From the IMG/VR virus record IMGVR_UViG_3300033143_002486, positions 1 to 34,427 of that record: DNA of 34,427 bases, one strand, 5' to 3'. The notes beneath the pieces were generated by a model. The model worked only from the letters and a program-made list of their open reading frames with translations, did not search any database and was not told the DNA's origin. Below are positions 34,270 through 34,427 of this stretch, piece after piece; position 1 is the stretch's first letter; every line of letters starts with the position of its first letter. This DNA comes from a virus. Taxonomy: Duplodnaviria; Caudoviricetes. Both the position numbers and the translations under genes were made by a program.

Positions 34270-34383
34270 TCATTTTCTCTGCATATCCCATATTTTGTTT
34301 AGCCATCTTGACCATGTGGGTACGGTTAGGAGCATTATTAAAATTCCTGTTATAATTCCTGTTGCTATTAATGTATCGTCCAT
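34270..34383 (-). CDS. Small membrane peptide (37 aa, MDDTLIATGIITGILIMLL...), not in ORF track
   Basis: First ORF after the late promoter; one TM segment. Confidence 0.55.
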   Translation of the reverse strand: MDDTLIATGIITGILIMLLTVPTWSRWLNKIWDMQRK

Positions 34384-34427
34384 TTTCTTACCTTTGCCAT
34401 ATTATAGCATACTTTTAATTTTATCTC
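34378..34427 (+). repeat. 50-bp terminal direct repeat (copy 2)
   Basis: Identical to 1-50. Confidence 0.97.

Overview
The window looks like a complete, circularly permuted genome (about 34.38 kb, with a 50-bp overlap at both ends) of an AT-rich podovirus-type phage. The virion module is BPP-1/T7-like: TerS, TerL, head-tail connector portal, scaffold, capsid, tail tubular A/B, ejected core proteins and a tail fibre. The early region is lambdoid in style: an initiator with internal iteron-like repeats, ERF, SSB, HNH, YopX and DUF1064 genes. I see no integrase, CI repressor, or DNA or RNA polymerase. The SSB sequence, AAGGA ribosome-binding sites and TGnTATAAT promoters point to a Campylobacterota host (inference). 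The most unusual signals are: (1) accessory genes bracketed by their own 13-21 bp direct repeats at RBS/start junctions, suggesting a gene-cassette shuffling system; (2) a GC-rich hairpin/pseudoknot leader with a possible antisense promoter upstream of the replication operon; (3) an inverted four-gene island between scaffold and capsid genes with back-to-back palindromic -10 boxes; (4) an ADP-ribosyltransferase-like domain on a probably injected protein; (5) an RHH+HNH cassette bounded by inverted repeats; (6) several unannotated microproteins. All family assignments come from motif recognition by eye, not from database searches.
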